Shown here: one piece after another, positions 54,588 through 64,000 of the stretch
How positions within the stretch are numbered: the first letter of the stretch is position 1
Layout: each line of letters opens with the position of its first letter
Assembly: GCA_028281325.1 (NCBI GenBank)
Contig: JANQKC010000024.1
Location: forward strand, 79,474 to 143,473
Length of the DNA stretch: 64,000 nt
Direction: 5' to 3'
Source of the DNA: Alphaproteobacteria bacterium
Lineage (GTDB): Bacteria; Pseudomonadota; Alphaproteobacteria; UBA8366
Translations under genes and position numbers: made by a program
Notes under the pieces: generated by a model
Databases searched by the model: none
What the model was told of the DNA's origin: nothing
The model's input: the letters and a program-made list of their open reading frames with translations, nothing else

Positions 54588-56009
54588 ATGGATGTCACGA
54601 AAATTTTGGGCGAATGGGCTGCGGAGTCACCGGCAACAACATCGGACGTTGCGTTGCGGCGCGCCCGGCACGCCATCCATGACGTGATCGCCTGCATGGT
54701 CGCGGGCGCGGGCGATGAAGGATCGGCGCGCGTGCGCGCGACGATCGCACCCTATGGCGGCGGGGGTTGCACGGTCTTCGGTTCGACCGCGAAGGCGGCG
54801 GCCCCTTGGGCGGCGCTGGCCAACGGCATGGCCGCGCATGCGCTGGACTTCGACGACAACTACCTGCCGGGGCTGACCCATGCGAGCGCGGTGCTCATTC
54901 CGGCCTTGCTGCCGCTGGCCGAGGAAATCGACGCGACCGGTCAGCAGTTGATCGACGCCTACATCGTCGGCCTCGAGATGCATGCCGCCATCGGACGCGG
55001 CGTCAACCGGGCGCATTACGATATGGGATGGCATGGCACCTCGACGGTCGGGTGCGTCGGCACCGCCGCGGCCTGCGGGCGGCTTCTCGGTCTCGATCGG
55101 GATGCGATGATCAACGCGATCAGCTTGGGCGTCAGCATGGCGTCGGGCCCGAAGGTGCAGTTCGGGACGATGGGTAAGCCGTATCACGCGGGCATGGCCG
55201 CAAAGAACGCGGTGCTTGCGGCGCAGCTCGCGGCGAACGGGTTCCAGGCCCGTGACGTGGCGCTCGAAGGCGCGCTTGGATTTCGCGATCTCTATGCCGG
55301 ACCGGACGAGAACGCTTGGGAACACTTGGCTCATCCGCTGGGCGATCCGCTGGCGATCGAAGAGTTCGGCCTGGCGCCGAAGCTGTATCCGTGTTGCGGG
55401 TCGGCGCACCGGGCGCTCGATGTCGTTTTGGCGCTCCGGGCCGATCATGGTTTCGAGCCCGAGGATGTGGCCAGGGTCGATACCTTGGTCGGCTTCGGCA
55501 ACAAACGGAACCTGATGTACGAAAACCCGCAGCAGGAAATGGAAGCGCGCTTTTCCATGAATTATTGCATCGCGCTCGCCTTGAAGTTCGGCCGTCTGTC
55601 GCTGTCCGACTTCACGCCCGACGCGGTGCAGCGGCCCGAAGTGCGCGACCTGATGCCATTGGTCACGATGGACGCCTATGACAAGGATGCCGAAGGCGAC
55701 GATCCGACCTTCCGGTTGCCGCACAAGGTGAAGATCGAACTCAAGGACGGCCGCGTGATCGAGGACCAATCCCTTTGGGCGCGCGGCACCATCCACAATC
55801 CGTTCGATGAGGCGGACCTGTCGGCGAAGTTCCGCGATTGCTGCGAGGGTTTCCTCGCGCCGGATGATTACGACGCGGCGGAGCGTATTCTGTTGGACCT
55901 GGAGTCGCTCGGCTCGGCGCGCGGGTTGACGCAACATCTTGTCTTCGAGGCGGGCTCGGATCATGGCGAACGGTTCGCCGAACGGTATGACACGATGGCG
56001 GCCGAATAG
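54588..56009 (+). CDS. MmgE/PrpD-family protein (2-methylcitrate dehydratase-like)
   Basis: Family-typical N-terminus and length. Confidence 0.85.
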   Translation: MDVTKILGEWAAESPATTSDVALRRARHAIHDVIACMVAGAGDEGSARVRATIAPYGGGGCTVFGSTAKAAAPWAALANGMAAHALDFDDNYLPGLTHASAVLIPALLPLAEEIDATGQQLIDAYIVGLEMHAAIGRGVNRAHYDMGWHGTSTVGCVGTAAACGRLLGLDRDAMINAISLGVSMASGPKVQFGTMGKPYHAGMAAKNAVLAAQLAANGFQARDVALEGALGFRDLYAGPDENAWEHLAHPLGDPLAIEEFGLAPKLYPCCGSAHRALDVVLALRADHGFEPEDVARVDTLVGFGNKRNLMYENPQQEMEARFSMNYCIALALKFGRLSLSDFTPDAVQRPEVRDLMPLVTMDAYDKDAEGDDPTFRLPHKVKIELKDGRVIEDQSLWARGTIHNPFDEADLSAKFRDCCEGFLAPDDYDAAERILLDLESLGSARGLTQHLVFEAGSDHGERFAERYDTMAAE

Positions 56010-56028
56010 CGGCCGCAGAGGGGAGTAA

Positions 56029-57435
56029 GTGACGATGACGCGTGAAGACGCCGTCGAAACGGCGCTGACGTACTACGACGACGGCAAGTATTTCGACGAC
56101 CTACGACGCCGGGTGGCGATCCCGACCGAATGTCAGGATCCGAAACAGGTTCCCGAACTCTACCGGTATCTGCGGGACGAGATGACACCGGCCTTCGAGG
56201 CGATGGGATACAACTGCCGTGTTTTCGACAACCCGATTCCAGGGCAAGGCCCGTTCTTCCTGGCGCATCGCTTCGAGAGCGAGAGCCTGCCCACGATTCT
56301 CGGCTACGGCCATGGCGATGTCGTGTTGGGTCAGGAGGGGCAGTGGCTCGACGGCTTGTCGCCCTGGGAACTGACCGAGCGGGGCGACAAGGTCTATGGC
56401 CGCGGTACCGCCGACAACAAGGGCCAGCACACGCTGCACATGAACGCCCTGGAAGCGATTATCGAAACGCGCGGCAAGCTCGGTTTCAACCACAAATTCC
56501 TGGTGGAGACCGGCGAGGAAAATGGATCGAAAGGCCTCGACGAGTTCGTCGCCGCCAACAAGGACGCCCTGGCGGCGGATGTCTTTTTGGCGTCCGACGG
56601 GCCGCGCGTCGACATGGACAGCCCGAACCTGGTGCTCGGCAACCGCGGTATCTTCGGCTTCGAACTGGTCTGCGAATTACGCGACGGCGGCCATCACTCG
56701 GGCAACTGGGGCGGGCTGCTGGCCAACCCGGCGATCATCCTGTCGCACGCGGTTGCCAGCCTGATCAACGCCAAGGGCAAGATTCTCGCGCCGGACCTGC
56801 TGCCCGAGCCGATCCCCAACTCGGTGCGCGTCGCGCTCAAGGACGTCAAACGCAACGGCGGTGGCGAAGCGCCGGAAATCGACGAGGATTGGGGCGAGCC
56901 GGGCTTAACCGTCGCCGAACAGGTGTATGGCTGGAACAGCCTGGATATCCTGGCGATGAAGACGGGCAATCCCGACAACCCGGTCAACGCCATTCCGCCG
57001 AAAGCCTCGGCGTTGTGTCAAATCCGCTATGTGGTCGGGTCCAAGGACGACGACTTTATGACGACCATCCGCAAGCATCTGGATGCGAACGGGTTCGATA
57101 TGGTCGAGATCAAGAAGCCGTCGGGCAGCAACACGCCCGAATTCAAGGCGGCGCGGACCGACCCGGACAATCCATGGGCGCGGTGGGCGGCGCAGGCGTT
57201 GGGGAAAGGCTGGGGCAGTAAGGTCGCAGTCCTGCCCAATTCGGGCGGGTCGATCTGCAACCACACTTTCCAGAACCATCTCGGCACACCGACGATCTGG
57301 ATTCCATTGTCCTATTCGGCATGCTCGCAGCATGCGCCGAACGAACACATCCTCAAGAGCCTGACCCGTCAGGGCATGGAATTGGTGACCAACGTCTACT
57401 GGGACCTCGGCGAGAACGCCCCTGCCAAATCCTGA
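56029..57435 (+). CDS. M20-family metallopeptidase (dipeptidase-like), paralogue 1
   Basis: HGDVV and GTADNKGQ metal-site motifs. Confidence 0.8.
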   Translation: MTMTREDAVETALTYYDDGKYFDDLRRRVAIPTECQDPKQVPELYRYLRDEMTPAFEAMGYNCRVFDNPIPGQGPFFLAHRFESESLPTILGYGHGDVVLGQEGQWLDGLSPWELTERGDKVYGRGTADNKGQHTLHMNALEAIIETRGKLGFNHKFLVETGEENGSKGLDEFVAANKDALAADVFLASDGPRVDMDSPNLVLGNRGIFGFELVCELRDGGHHSGNWGGLLANPAIILSHAVASLINAKGKILAPDLLPEPIPNSVRVALKDVKRNGGGEAPEIDEDWGEPGLTVAEQVYGWNSLDILAMKTGNPDNPVNAIPPKASALCQIRYVVGSKDDDFMTTIRKHLDANGFDMVEIKKPSGSNTPEFKAARTDPDNPWARWAAQALGKGWGSKVAVLPNSGGSICNHTFQNHLGTPTIWIPLSYSACSQHAPNEHILKSLTRQGMELVTNVYWDLGENAPAKS

Positions 57436-57445
57436 TCACCGAAAC

Positions 57446-58876
57446 ATGTCCAACTCAAAGAGCGATAGAGCAATGAACAGGGAAGATGCCGTCGCGGCGG
57501 CGACCGCCTATTTCGATCAAGGCGACTTCGAGGCCGAACTGGCCCGACGCGTGGCGATCAAGTCCGAAAGCCAGAACCCGGATGCCGGGGAGGATATCGA
57601 CCGCTACCTCTCGGACGAGATGGAGCCGTCGCTGAAGGCGCTCGGGTTCACCTGCCAGATTCTGGAAAACCCGATGGAGGGCGGCTGGCCGATGCTGGTG
57701 GCCGAGCGGATCGAAGATCCGGCCTTGCCGACGTTGCTCACCTACGGTCATGGCGACGTGGTGCTGGGGCTTCCGGAGGAATGGCGCGAAGGCCTGGACC
57801 CTTGGGAGTTGAAACGCGAGGGCGACCGCATTTACGGGCGGGGCACCGCGGATAACAAGGGGCAGCACACGATCAACATGGCCGCGCTGCGGGCAGTGTT
57901 GGAGACGCGCGGCAAGCTCGGCTTCAATTGCCGTTACCTGATCGAGATGGGCGAGGAGACTGGATCGCCCGGCCTCGGCGAATTCTGTCAAAAGCATAAG
58001 GACCTGCTTGAGGCCGATGTGCTGATCGCCTCGGACGGTCCGCGCTCCAGTTTCGAACGGCCGACCTTGTTCCTGGGCGCGCGTGGCGGTTTCAACTTCA
58101 ACATGGACGTGGATCTGCGCGAGGGCGGGCACCATTCCGGCAACTGGGGCGGCCTGCTGGCCAACCCGGCGGTGATTCTGCTGAACGCGATTTCGACCAT
58201 CACCACGGCGAAGGGCAAGATATTGATCCCCGAGTTGCTGCCGCCCGGTATTCCGGATTCGGTGAAACGCGCCCTCGAAGACATCGAACATGACGGCGGC
58301 GACGACGCGCCGGAGATCGATGCCGATTGGGGTGAGCCGGGGCTGAGCACCGCGGAGCAGGTGCATGCCTGGAACAGTTTCGAGGTGCTCGCCTTCAGCG
58401 CGGGCAATCCCGACCGTCCGGTCAACGCCGTCCCGCCGAAAGCGCGGGCGACCTGCCAGATCCGCTTCACGGTCGGCGTCGATCCGACCACCTTCCTGGA
58501 CACGCTGCGCAAGCATTTGGACGACAACGGGTTCCCGATGATCGAGCTCAGCATGGCGCGGAAGAACTACGCCAACGCGACGCGGCTCGATCCCGATCAT
58601 CCTTGGGTGCGGTTCTGCGAATCGTCGCTGGCGCGGACGACCAACAAGAAGACCGCGGTGTTGCCGAGCCTCGGCGGCACCTTGCCGAACGACGTCTTCG
58701 CGGATGGATTGGACCTGCCCACGGTCTGGGTGCCGCATTCCTACACCGGCTGCTGCCAGCATGCGCCCGACGAGCATATGCTGGTGCCGGTGGCGCGCGA
58801 GGCGCTGCGCCTGATGGCCGGGCTGTTCTGGGACATGGGCGACCCCGACATCGCCGACAAACCTGGAAAGGGGTAG
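57446..58876 (+). CDS. M20-family metallopeptidase, paralogue 2 (tandem duplicate)
   Basis: Collinear with 56029..57435 (same motifs: HGDVVLG, GTADNKGQHT, HHSGNWGGLLANPA). Confidence 0.8.
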   Translation: MSNSKSDRAMNREDAVAAATAYFDQGDFEAELARRVAIKSESQNPDAGEDIDRYLSDEMEPSLKALGFTCQILENPMEGGWPMLVAERIEDPALPTLLTYGHGDVVLGLPEEWREGLDPWELKREGDRIYGRGTADNKGQHTINMAALRAVLETRGKLGFNCRYLIEMGEETGSPGLGEFCQKHKDLLEADVLIASDGPRSSFERPTLFLGARGGFNFNMDVDLREGGHHSGNWGGLLANPAVILLNAISTITTAKGKILIPELLPPGIPDSVKRALEDIEHDGGDDAPEIDADWGEPGLSTAEQVHAWNSFEVLAFSAGNPDRPVNAVPPKARATCQIRFTVGVDPTTFLDTLRKHLDDNGFPMIELSMARKNYANATRLDPDHPWVRFCESSLARTTNKKTAVLPSLGGTLPNDVFADGLDLPTVWVPHSYTGCCQHAPDEHMLVPVAREALRLMAGLFWDMGDPDIADKPGKG

Positions 58877-58880
58877 CGTC

Positions 58881-60383
58881 ATGGCGCGGATCGCGGTCGG
58901 CGGGATGCAGCATGAAACCAATACCTTCATGCCGGCGCTGACCGATTACGCGTATTTCCGCCAGCATCGGGACCGGCCGCCGTTGGTGCGTGGGGCCGAT
59001 GTGATGGAATGGCTCGACGGCGGCAGTTTCGGGTTGTCGGGTTTTCTGACCGAAATGGCGGACCGGCACGACCTTGTACCGCTGGTGTGGGCCGGTGGCG
59101 GCGCCGGCGGCATGGTCACGGAGGACGCCTTCGAGCGGATCGCCGGCGAGTTGATCGCCGCCCTGTCGCAGGCGCTGCCGGTCGATGCGGTTTATTTGGA
59201 CCAGCATGGCGCGATGGTGACCGCCGGCTATCAGGACGCGGACGGGGAGTTGTTGCGGCGCGTGCGCGCCTGTGTCGGTCCCGACGTACCCATCGTCGCC
59301 AGTTTGGATTATCACGCCAATATCTCGCCCGAGATGGTGACGCATGCCGACGCGCTGGTCGCCTATCGGACCTATCCGCATGTGGACCGGCGCGAGACCG
59401 GGGCGCGGGCTGCGGCGGCGATCGAATTGATGCTGGACCGCGGGCGTCCCGCCGGCCGGGCGTTTCGCAGCTTGGGCTTCGTCGTGCCGTCGCATCAGCA
59501 GCCGACCGCGATGGAGCCGACCAAGAGTTTCGTCGACGCATGCATCGCTGGGGAAATCGGCGACGTCTTCAACCTGTCCTATCTCGGCGGGTTCCGTTTG
59601 TCGGACATTTATCATTGCGGTGTCTCGGTGGTGGCGAGCGCCTGGACGCAATCGGCGGCCGATGCGGCGGTGGATGCCGTGGCCGAGGAGATCCTGCGGC
59701 GCGAAGCGGAATTCGACGAGCCCATGCTCGAACCGGACGATTGCGCGCAACACGCCATGGCGATCGCCGCGACGGCATCCAAGCCCGTGCTGATCTGCGA
59801 CCCGCAGGATAATCCCGGTGGCGGCGGCAGCGGCGACACGACCGGCATGCTGGCGGCCTTGGTGCGGAACGGGGCGACGGATGCGGTCGTCGGCACGCTG
59901 CACGACGCGGATGCGGCGCTGGCAGCGCACGCGGCCGGAGTCGGCGCGGAACTGACGCTTGACCTCGGCGGCAAGGCGGACCTGCCGGACAACGACCCCT
60001 TTCACGGTGCCTTTACGGTCCTCGCCCTTGGCGACGGAAAAATGCGGACGACCGGACCGGTGGTCGGCGGGCGGGACATCGACATCGGCGCGACGGCGTT
60101 GCTGCGCATCGGCGGCGTGAAGGTGCTGGTGACGGAGAAACGGGTGCAGGCCTACGATCAATCTCTGTTCCGGCATGTCGGCGTCGAGCCGAAGGACCAG
60201 AAAATCCTGGGATTGAAGAGTGCCGTGCATTTCCGCGGTGATTTCGAACCGCTCGCCGAAAGAGTTTTGGTCATCAAGGCGCCCGGCGGGTGTCCGGCCG
60301 ATCCGCGTGACCTTCCTTACAAAAATTTAAGGCGGGGCACCCGGCTCGGCCCAAAAGGACCGCCGTTTCTGCCCAATCGGTGA
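58881..60383 (+). CDS. M81-family metallopeptidase (MlrC/microcystinase C-like; DUF1485 plus DUF1284)
   Basis: MARIAVGGMQHETNTF N-terminus is typical of the MlrC family. Confidence 0.7.
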   Translation: MARIAVGGMQHETNTFMPALTDYAYFRQHRDRPPLVRGADVMEWLDGGSFGLSGFLTEMADRHDLVPLVWAGGGAGGMVTEDAFERIAGELIAALSQALPVDAVYLDQHGAMVTAGYQDADGELLRRVRACVGPDVPIVASLDYHANISPEMVTHADALVAYRTYPHVDRRETGARAAAAIELMLDRGRPAGRAFRSLGFVVPSHQQPTAMEPTKSFVDACIAGEIGDVFNLSYLGGFRLSDIYHCGVSVVASAWTQSAADAAVDAVAEEILRREAEFDEPMLEPDDCAQHAMAIAATASKPVLICDPQDNPGGGGSGDTTGMLAALVRNGATDAVVGTLHDADAALAAHAAGVGAELTLDLGGKADLPDNDPFHGAFTVLALGDGKMRTTGPVVGGRDIDIGATALLRIGGVKVLVTEKRVQAYDQSLFRHVGVEPKDQKILGLKSAVHFRGDFEPLAERVLVIKAPGGCPADPRDLPYKNLRRGTRLGPKGPPFLPNR

Positions 60384-60524
60384 CGCGCAATTTGCCGCAC
60401 CGGGGATTGGCAAAAGCGTCCAAGGATTGCCATATTCTCTGCATATAGGGGCGCTACCATTGAACCCGTCCATCGTTGATTCGGTGATAAACAGCCGGAC
60501 GGCGTTTGGCGGAGTGGAGGTATT

Positions 60525-62015
60525 ATGAAATACGACCGCAGGCATTTTTTGGCCGGCGCCATGGCCAGTACGGCGCTCATCGGGTTGTCCGGGTGCACCA
60601 CCGTCAACCCGGCCACCGGCCGGTCCAGTTTCACCGGGCTGTATTCCGTCGAGGACGACATCAAGCTTGGCCGTCAGGAGCATCCGAAACTGGTCGAGCA
60701 ATTCGGCGGCGAATACGAGAATCCGCGGCTGAAGCGCTATGTCGTCGAGACCGGCAACAAACTGGCGCGCGGCACCGAGTACCAGCAATTCCCCTATCAG
60801 TTCACCTTGCTCAACACGCCCATCGTGAACGCGTTCGCGTTGCCCGGCGGCTATGTTTACATGTCCCGTGGCTTGTTGGCGCTTGCCAGCAACGAGGCGG
60901 AAATGGCCGGCGTCCTGGCGCATGAGCTGGGCCATGTGAATGCGCGGCATTCCGCGGAACGGATCAGCGCGGCGCAGATGGCGCAACTAGGTATGCTGTT
61001 GGGCGCGGTCGGCGGGTCCGCGCTTGGATTGGGGTCGGAAGCGCTCCAGATCGGCCAACAGATCGCCATGCTGTCGATCCAGAGCTATTCCCGCCAACAG
61101 GAATTCGAAGCGGATACGCTGGGTGTCCGATATATGAGCCGGGCCGGCTATGAACCCGACGCGATGGTAACTTTCCTCAGCACCTTGCGGGAACAGAGCA
61201 TTGTCGACGCCGAGATGCGCGGCCTGCCGCCGGGCAGCGTCGACCAGTTCAATATGATGTCGACGCACCCCCGCACCAAGGACCGCGTCGAGGCGGCGAT
61301 CAAGGCCGCCGCCGTGTCCCGGCCCGATAACCCGCGGATCGGCCGCGATACCTATCTCGCCAAGATCGACGGCATGCTGTTTGGCGACGATCCGAGCCAG
61401 GGCTACGTCAAGGGCCGGTTGTTCCAGCATCCCGAGTTGCGGTTCCAGTTCCAGGTGCCGGAAGGGTTCCGTTTGATGAACGGCCGGGATCAGATCGTTG
61501 CGCAAAATCAAAGCGGGGCGGCGATCATCTTCGACACCGGCAAGGTCCAGCGCAGCCGGGACATGGCCTCGTACCTGCAGAACGAGTGGACGCCGAACAC
61601 GCCGCTCAGGGATGTCGAGCGTATCACCATCAACGGCCAGGAAGCCGCGACCGGCTGGGTGCGGGGTCAGGATCGGCGTGGCGGTACGGTCGACCTGCGC
61701 GGGGTCGCCATTCGGCGCAATGCGCAATCCGTCTACCGCATGCTGTTTGTCAATCCGGCGAAGGATTCGCCGCGTTTGGCGCGAGGTTTCCGGGAGACGA
61801 CCTATAGCTTCCGGCGCTTAAGCCAGGCCGAAGCAAGCAAGATCAAGCCGTTACGCCTATTGCTGGTGCCGGCTAGGAAGTCGGACTCGATCGGCGGACT
61901 GTCGAAAACCTTGCCATACGGCAAATACAATGAGAGCTGGTTCCGCGTGCTCAATGACTTGAAGCCGAATGAGGCGCTGCCGCAAAATCGCCGGCTGAAG
62001 GTGGTCGCGGCATAG
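60525..62015 (+). CDS. M48-family zinc metalloprotease lipoprotein
   Basis: Lipobox LIGLSGC and HELGHV ... E zinc site. Confidence 0.75.
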   Translation: MKYDRRHFLAGAMASTALIGLSGCTTVNPATGRSSFTGLYSVEDDIKLGRQEHPKLVEQFGGEYENPRLKRYVVETGNKLARGTEYQQFPYQFTLLNTPIVNAFALPGGYVYMSRGLLALASNEAEMAGVLAHELGHVNARHSAERISAAQMAQLGMLLGAVGGSALGLGSEALQIGQQIAMLSIQSYSRQQEFEADTLGVRYMSRAGYEPDAMVTFLSTLREQSIVDAEMRGLPPGSVDQFNMMSTHPRTKDRVEAAIKAAAVSRPDNPRIGRDTYLAKIDGMLFGDDPSQGYVKGRLFQHPELRFQFQVPEGFRLMNGRDQIVAQNQSGAAIIFDTGKVQRSRDMASYLQNEWTPNTPLRDVERITINGQEAATGWVRGQDRRGGTVDLRGVAIRRNAQSVYRMLFVNPAKDSPRLARGFRETTYSFRRLSQAEASKIKPLRLLLVPARKSDSIGGLSKTLPYGKYNESWFRVLNDLKPNEALPQNRRLKVVAA

Positions 62016-62030
62016 ACCGGCAAGCGCCGA

Positions 62031-62735
62031 TCAGTCGTAGGTCAGCCAATCGCGCATCAAGGCGGTGACGGCTTCCGGTTGTTCGATCGTCGACAGATGG
62101 CCGCAATCCTCCACCACGCAAAGCCGCGCGTTGGGGATGGCTTCCGCCATTTCCTCGCTGACCTCCAGCGGGGTGCCCTGGTCCTGCCGGCCGCAGATTA
62201 CCATCGTCGGCGTAGCGATATCGCCCAGGACGGGCCGGCTGTCGCGCCGGTTCATGATCGCGGTCATCTGCTGGATGAAGACCTTGGGGCCGATCCGATC
62301 CGCCATGCCGTAGGCAATGTCGACATAGGCGGGATCGGTCACGCGGTCCGGGTGCAGCAGGATCGGCAGCGAGTTGCGTTTGACCGCATCGTAGTCGCCC
62401 GCTTCGGCGAGTCCGATCATTTCCTTGCGGATGGAGGTGCGCTCCGGCGGGTCGTCGCGCGCCGACGTGTCGAGCAGCGCCAGCTTGGTGACGCGCTCCG
62501 GCGCCAGCCGCATCATCTCGAAGGCCATATACCCGCCCATCGATAGCCCGGCATAGGCGAATTCGGGCGGGGCGGCCTTCAGCATGCGCTTCGCCATGTC
62601 GACCAGCGAATCGTCCTGGGTCGTGTCCACCATCGTCATGTCGGCGATGTCGGCGAGATGGACGAATTGATGTTCCCAAAGCCGTTTGTCGTTCATGAGG
62701 CCGGGGCCGAGGACGAGAGGGATGCGGTCGGGCAT
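62031..62735 (-). CDS. Alpha/beta-hydrolase fold protein
   Basis: GLSMGG nucleophile elbow; start 62735. Confidence 0.75.
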   Translation of the reverse strand: MPDRIPLVLGPGLMNDKRLWEHQFVHLADIADMTMVDTTQDDSLVDMAKRMLKAAPPEFAYAGLSMGGYMAFEMMRLAPERVTKLALLDTSARDDPPERTSIRKEMIGLAEAGDYDAVKRNSLPILLHPDRVTDPAYVDIAYGMADRIGPKVFIQQMTAIMNRRDSRPVLGDIATPTMVICGRQDQGTPLEVSEEMAEAIPNARLCVVEDCGHLSTIEQPEAVTALMRDWLTYD

Positions 62736-62829
62736 GGAGTTTCCGCCTAAGGGGGTTGCAGTTGCCGTTAGTGTACCTTGTGTGCGAAGACACGAGTCAA
62801 ATGAGCACCGAACGAAGAGGCGACGATCG

Positions 62830-63666
62830 ATGAGCAGTTTGAAGGAATTGGTGGCGGGACGGTACGGGATCGAGCTGGATTGCGGCGTGGACATGGCGGC
62901 GGAAGGTGCCTTGGCGGGAATCCTGAGCCGGGGCTCGCAGCGGCACTACACCGACGAGCCGGTCACCGACGAGTTGCTGCAGGTCCTGCTCGCCTGCGCG
63001 CAGTCGGCGCCTACGAAATCCGACCTGCAGCAGTATTCGATCATCGTCGTCAAGGACGCGGCGCTGCGCCAGAAGTTGAGCGATCAGGGCGGCGGTATGG
63101 ATTGGCCGCCGAAGGCCCCGGTCTTCCTGGTTTTTTGTGCCGATATCCACCGGATTCGCAAACTCGCCGGCATTCGCGGCCACGATCATCAGAACGACAA
63201 TGTCGACACCTTCATGAACGGGATCATCGATGCCGCGGTCGCGATGCAGTGTTTCATCAACGCGGCCGAAGCGGCGGGGCTCGGCACCTGCCCGATCAGC
63301 CAGATCCGTAACAAGATCGATGAGACCTGCGACTTGTTGGGCTTGCCCGAAGGGGTGTTCCCGATCGCCGGATTGGCCGTCGGCTGGCCTCAATTCCCGA
63401 CGCCGCGTATTTCGCTGCGCCTGCCGCAGTCGGTCGTCGTCCATACCGACCGCTACGACGAAAGCAATATGCCGGCGGATGTGGAGTCCTACGATCAACG
63501 GCGGCACGCCCATACGCCGCTGCCGGAAGCCAAGCAGCGCCATGTGGACAAATACGGCGCCCTCGACTACTGCCCGTGGTCGGAGAACGTGACCCGCCAG
63601 CTTTCCCTGCCGGAACGGCCCGGGTTCCGCGAGTTCCTCAATAAGCACGGGTTCAAGCTGGATTAG
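62830..63666 (+). CDS. Nitroreductase-family protein
   Basis: Nitroreductase-like fold by eye, with a GAAGAGG SD. Confidence 0.65.
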   Translation: MSSLKELVAGRYGIELDCGVDMAAEGALAGILSRGSQRHYTDEPVTDELLQVLLACAQSAPTKSDLQQYSIIVVKDAALRQKLSDQGGGMDWPPKAPVFLVFCADIHRIRKLAGIRGHDHQNDNVDTFMNGIIDAAVAMQCFINAAEAAGLGTCPISQIRNKIDETCDLLGLPEGVFPIAGLAVGWPQFPTPRISLRLPQSVVVHTDRYDESNMPADVESYDQRRHAHTPLPEAKQRHVDKYGALDYCPWSENVTRQLSLPERPGFREFLNKHGFKLD

Positions 63667-63898
63667 CAGACCGCCGAAAATGTCTTTTGTATCCTTCGAG
63701 ACGGGCCTACCGGCCCTCCTCAGGATGAGGAAATCAAGCAAAACCCTCATGGTGAGGAGGCGCGATAGCGCCGTCTCGAACCATGGAGACCTAACATCAT
63801 GACTTTTTCAGCAGCTTGCTGGGGGCGCTGGACCCGACGGCGGGAGACCGCTAGAAATCGTTGCCGACGATCAACACCAATGCGCGGGAGTAAATCGA

Positions 63899-64000
63899 CG
63901 TGACGGATAAGATGCTGGCGGAGAAATCACCGCCGGTCGCCACCATGACCTTCAACAATCCGGCCCGTCACAACGCGGTCTCCAGCGACATGTGGGCCGC
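63899..64000 (+). CDS. Enoyl-CoA hydratase/isomerase family protein, 5' fragment (continues past the window)
   Basis: GTG start after GGGAG; MTFNNPARHNAVS crotonase N-terminus. Confidence 0.5.

Noticed and set aside
1-64000. CRISPR arrays, rRNA genes, integrases/transposases, phage structural genes, and a tRNA-Sec (selC) gene
   Set aside because: I looked for direct-repeat/spacer periodicity, rRNA-like conserved blocks, recombinase motifs and an approximately 95-nt UCA-anticodon tRNA. None was found in this window.

Overview
This is a high-GC (roughly 65%) chromosomal window that looks alphaproteobacterial. It is densely packed with about 55 protein-coding genes on both strands. There are no rRNA genes, CRISPR arrays, transposases or integrases. 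Most of it is ordinary metabolism: CoA-transferase, GMC oxidoreductase, a DapA-like lyase, gmd-fcl-asnB sugar genes, FtsH, amidase, sulfatase, acyl-CoA carboxylase and dehydrogenases, and M20/M81/M48 peptidases. Four things stand out. (1) Selenium biology occurs twice. At 818..1771 a GrdB/PrdB-family 'selenoprotein B' homologue is interrupted by an in-frame TGA, and a hairpin suited to a bacterial SECIS starts 5 nt downstream, so this is a selenocysteine candidate rather than two ORFs. At 39.8-47.5 kb a PhnD/PhnC/double-PhnE-type ABC importer is translationally coupled to a fusion of a pyridine-nucleotide-disulfide oxidoreductase with a Cys-type SelD. This is followed by a small glycosyltransferase and an EgtB-like gene with DinB_2 and FGE-sulfatase domains, which is the selD/senB/senA gene content of selenoneine biosynthesis. 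The arrangement is unusual: senB and senA are divergent with almost no spacer, and senC is fused. (2) A 2.9-kb low-GC island (about 4.7-7.6 kb) carries two different HEPN-type proteins, each with an R-x4-H motif, plus an overlapping DUF5343-like partner gene. This is a candidate uncharacterised defence, abortive-infection or toxin-antitoxin module and the best candidate for an undescribed system. (3) Two copies of a mosaic palindromic REP-like repeat fill the gaps between convergent genes at about 10.3 kb and 45.1 kb. (4) A tRNA-Met(CAT) lies next to a degenerate tRNA-Lys(UUU)-like sequence at about 32.9-33.1 kb, with an AT-rich non-coding stretch and a strong bidirectional terminator alongside. 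All calls are made by eye from the translations and sequence, and none has been checked against a database.
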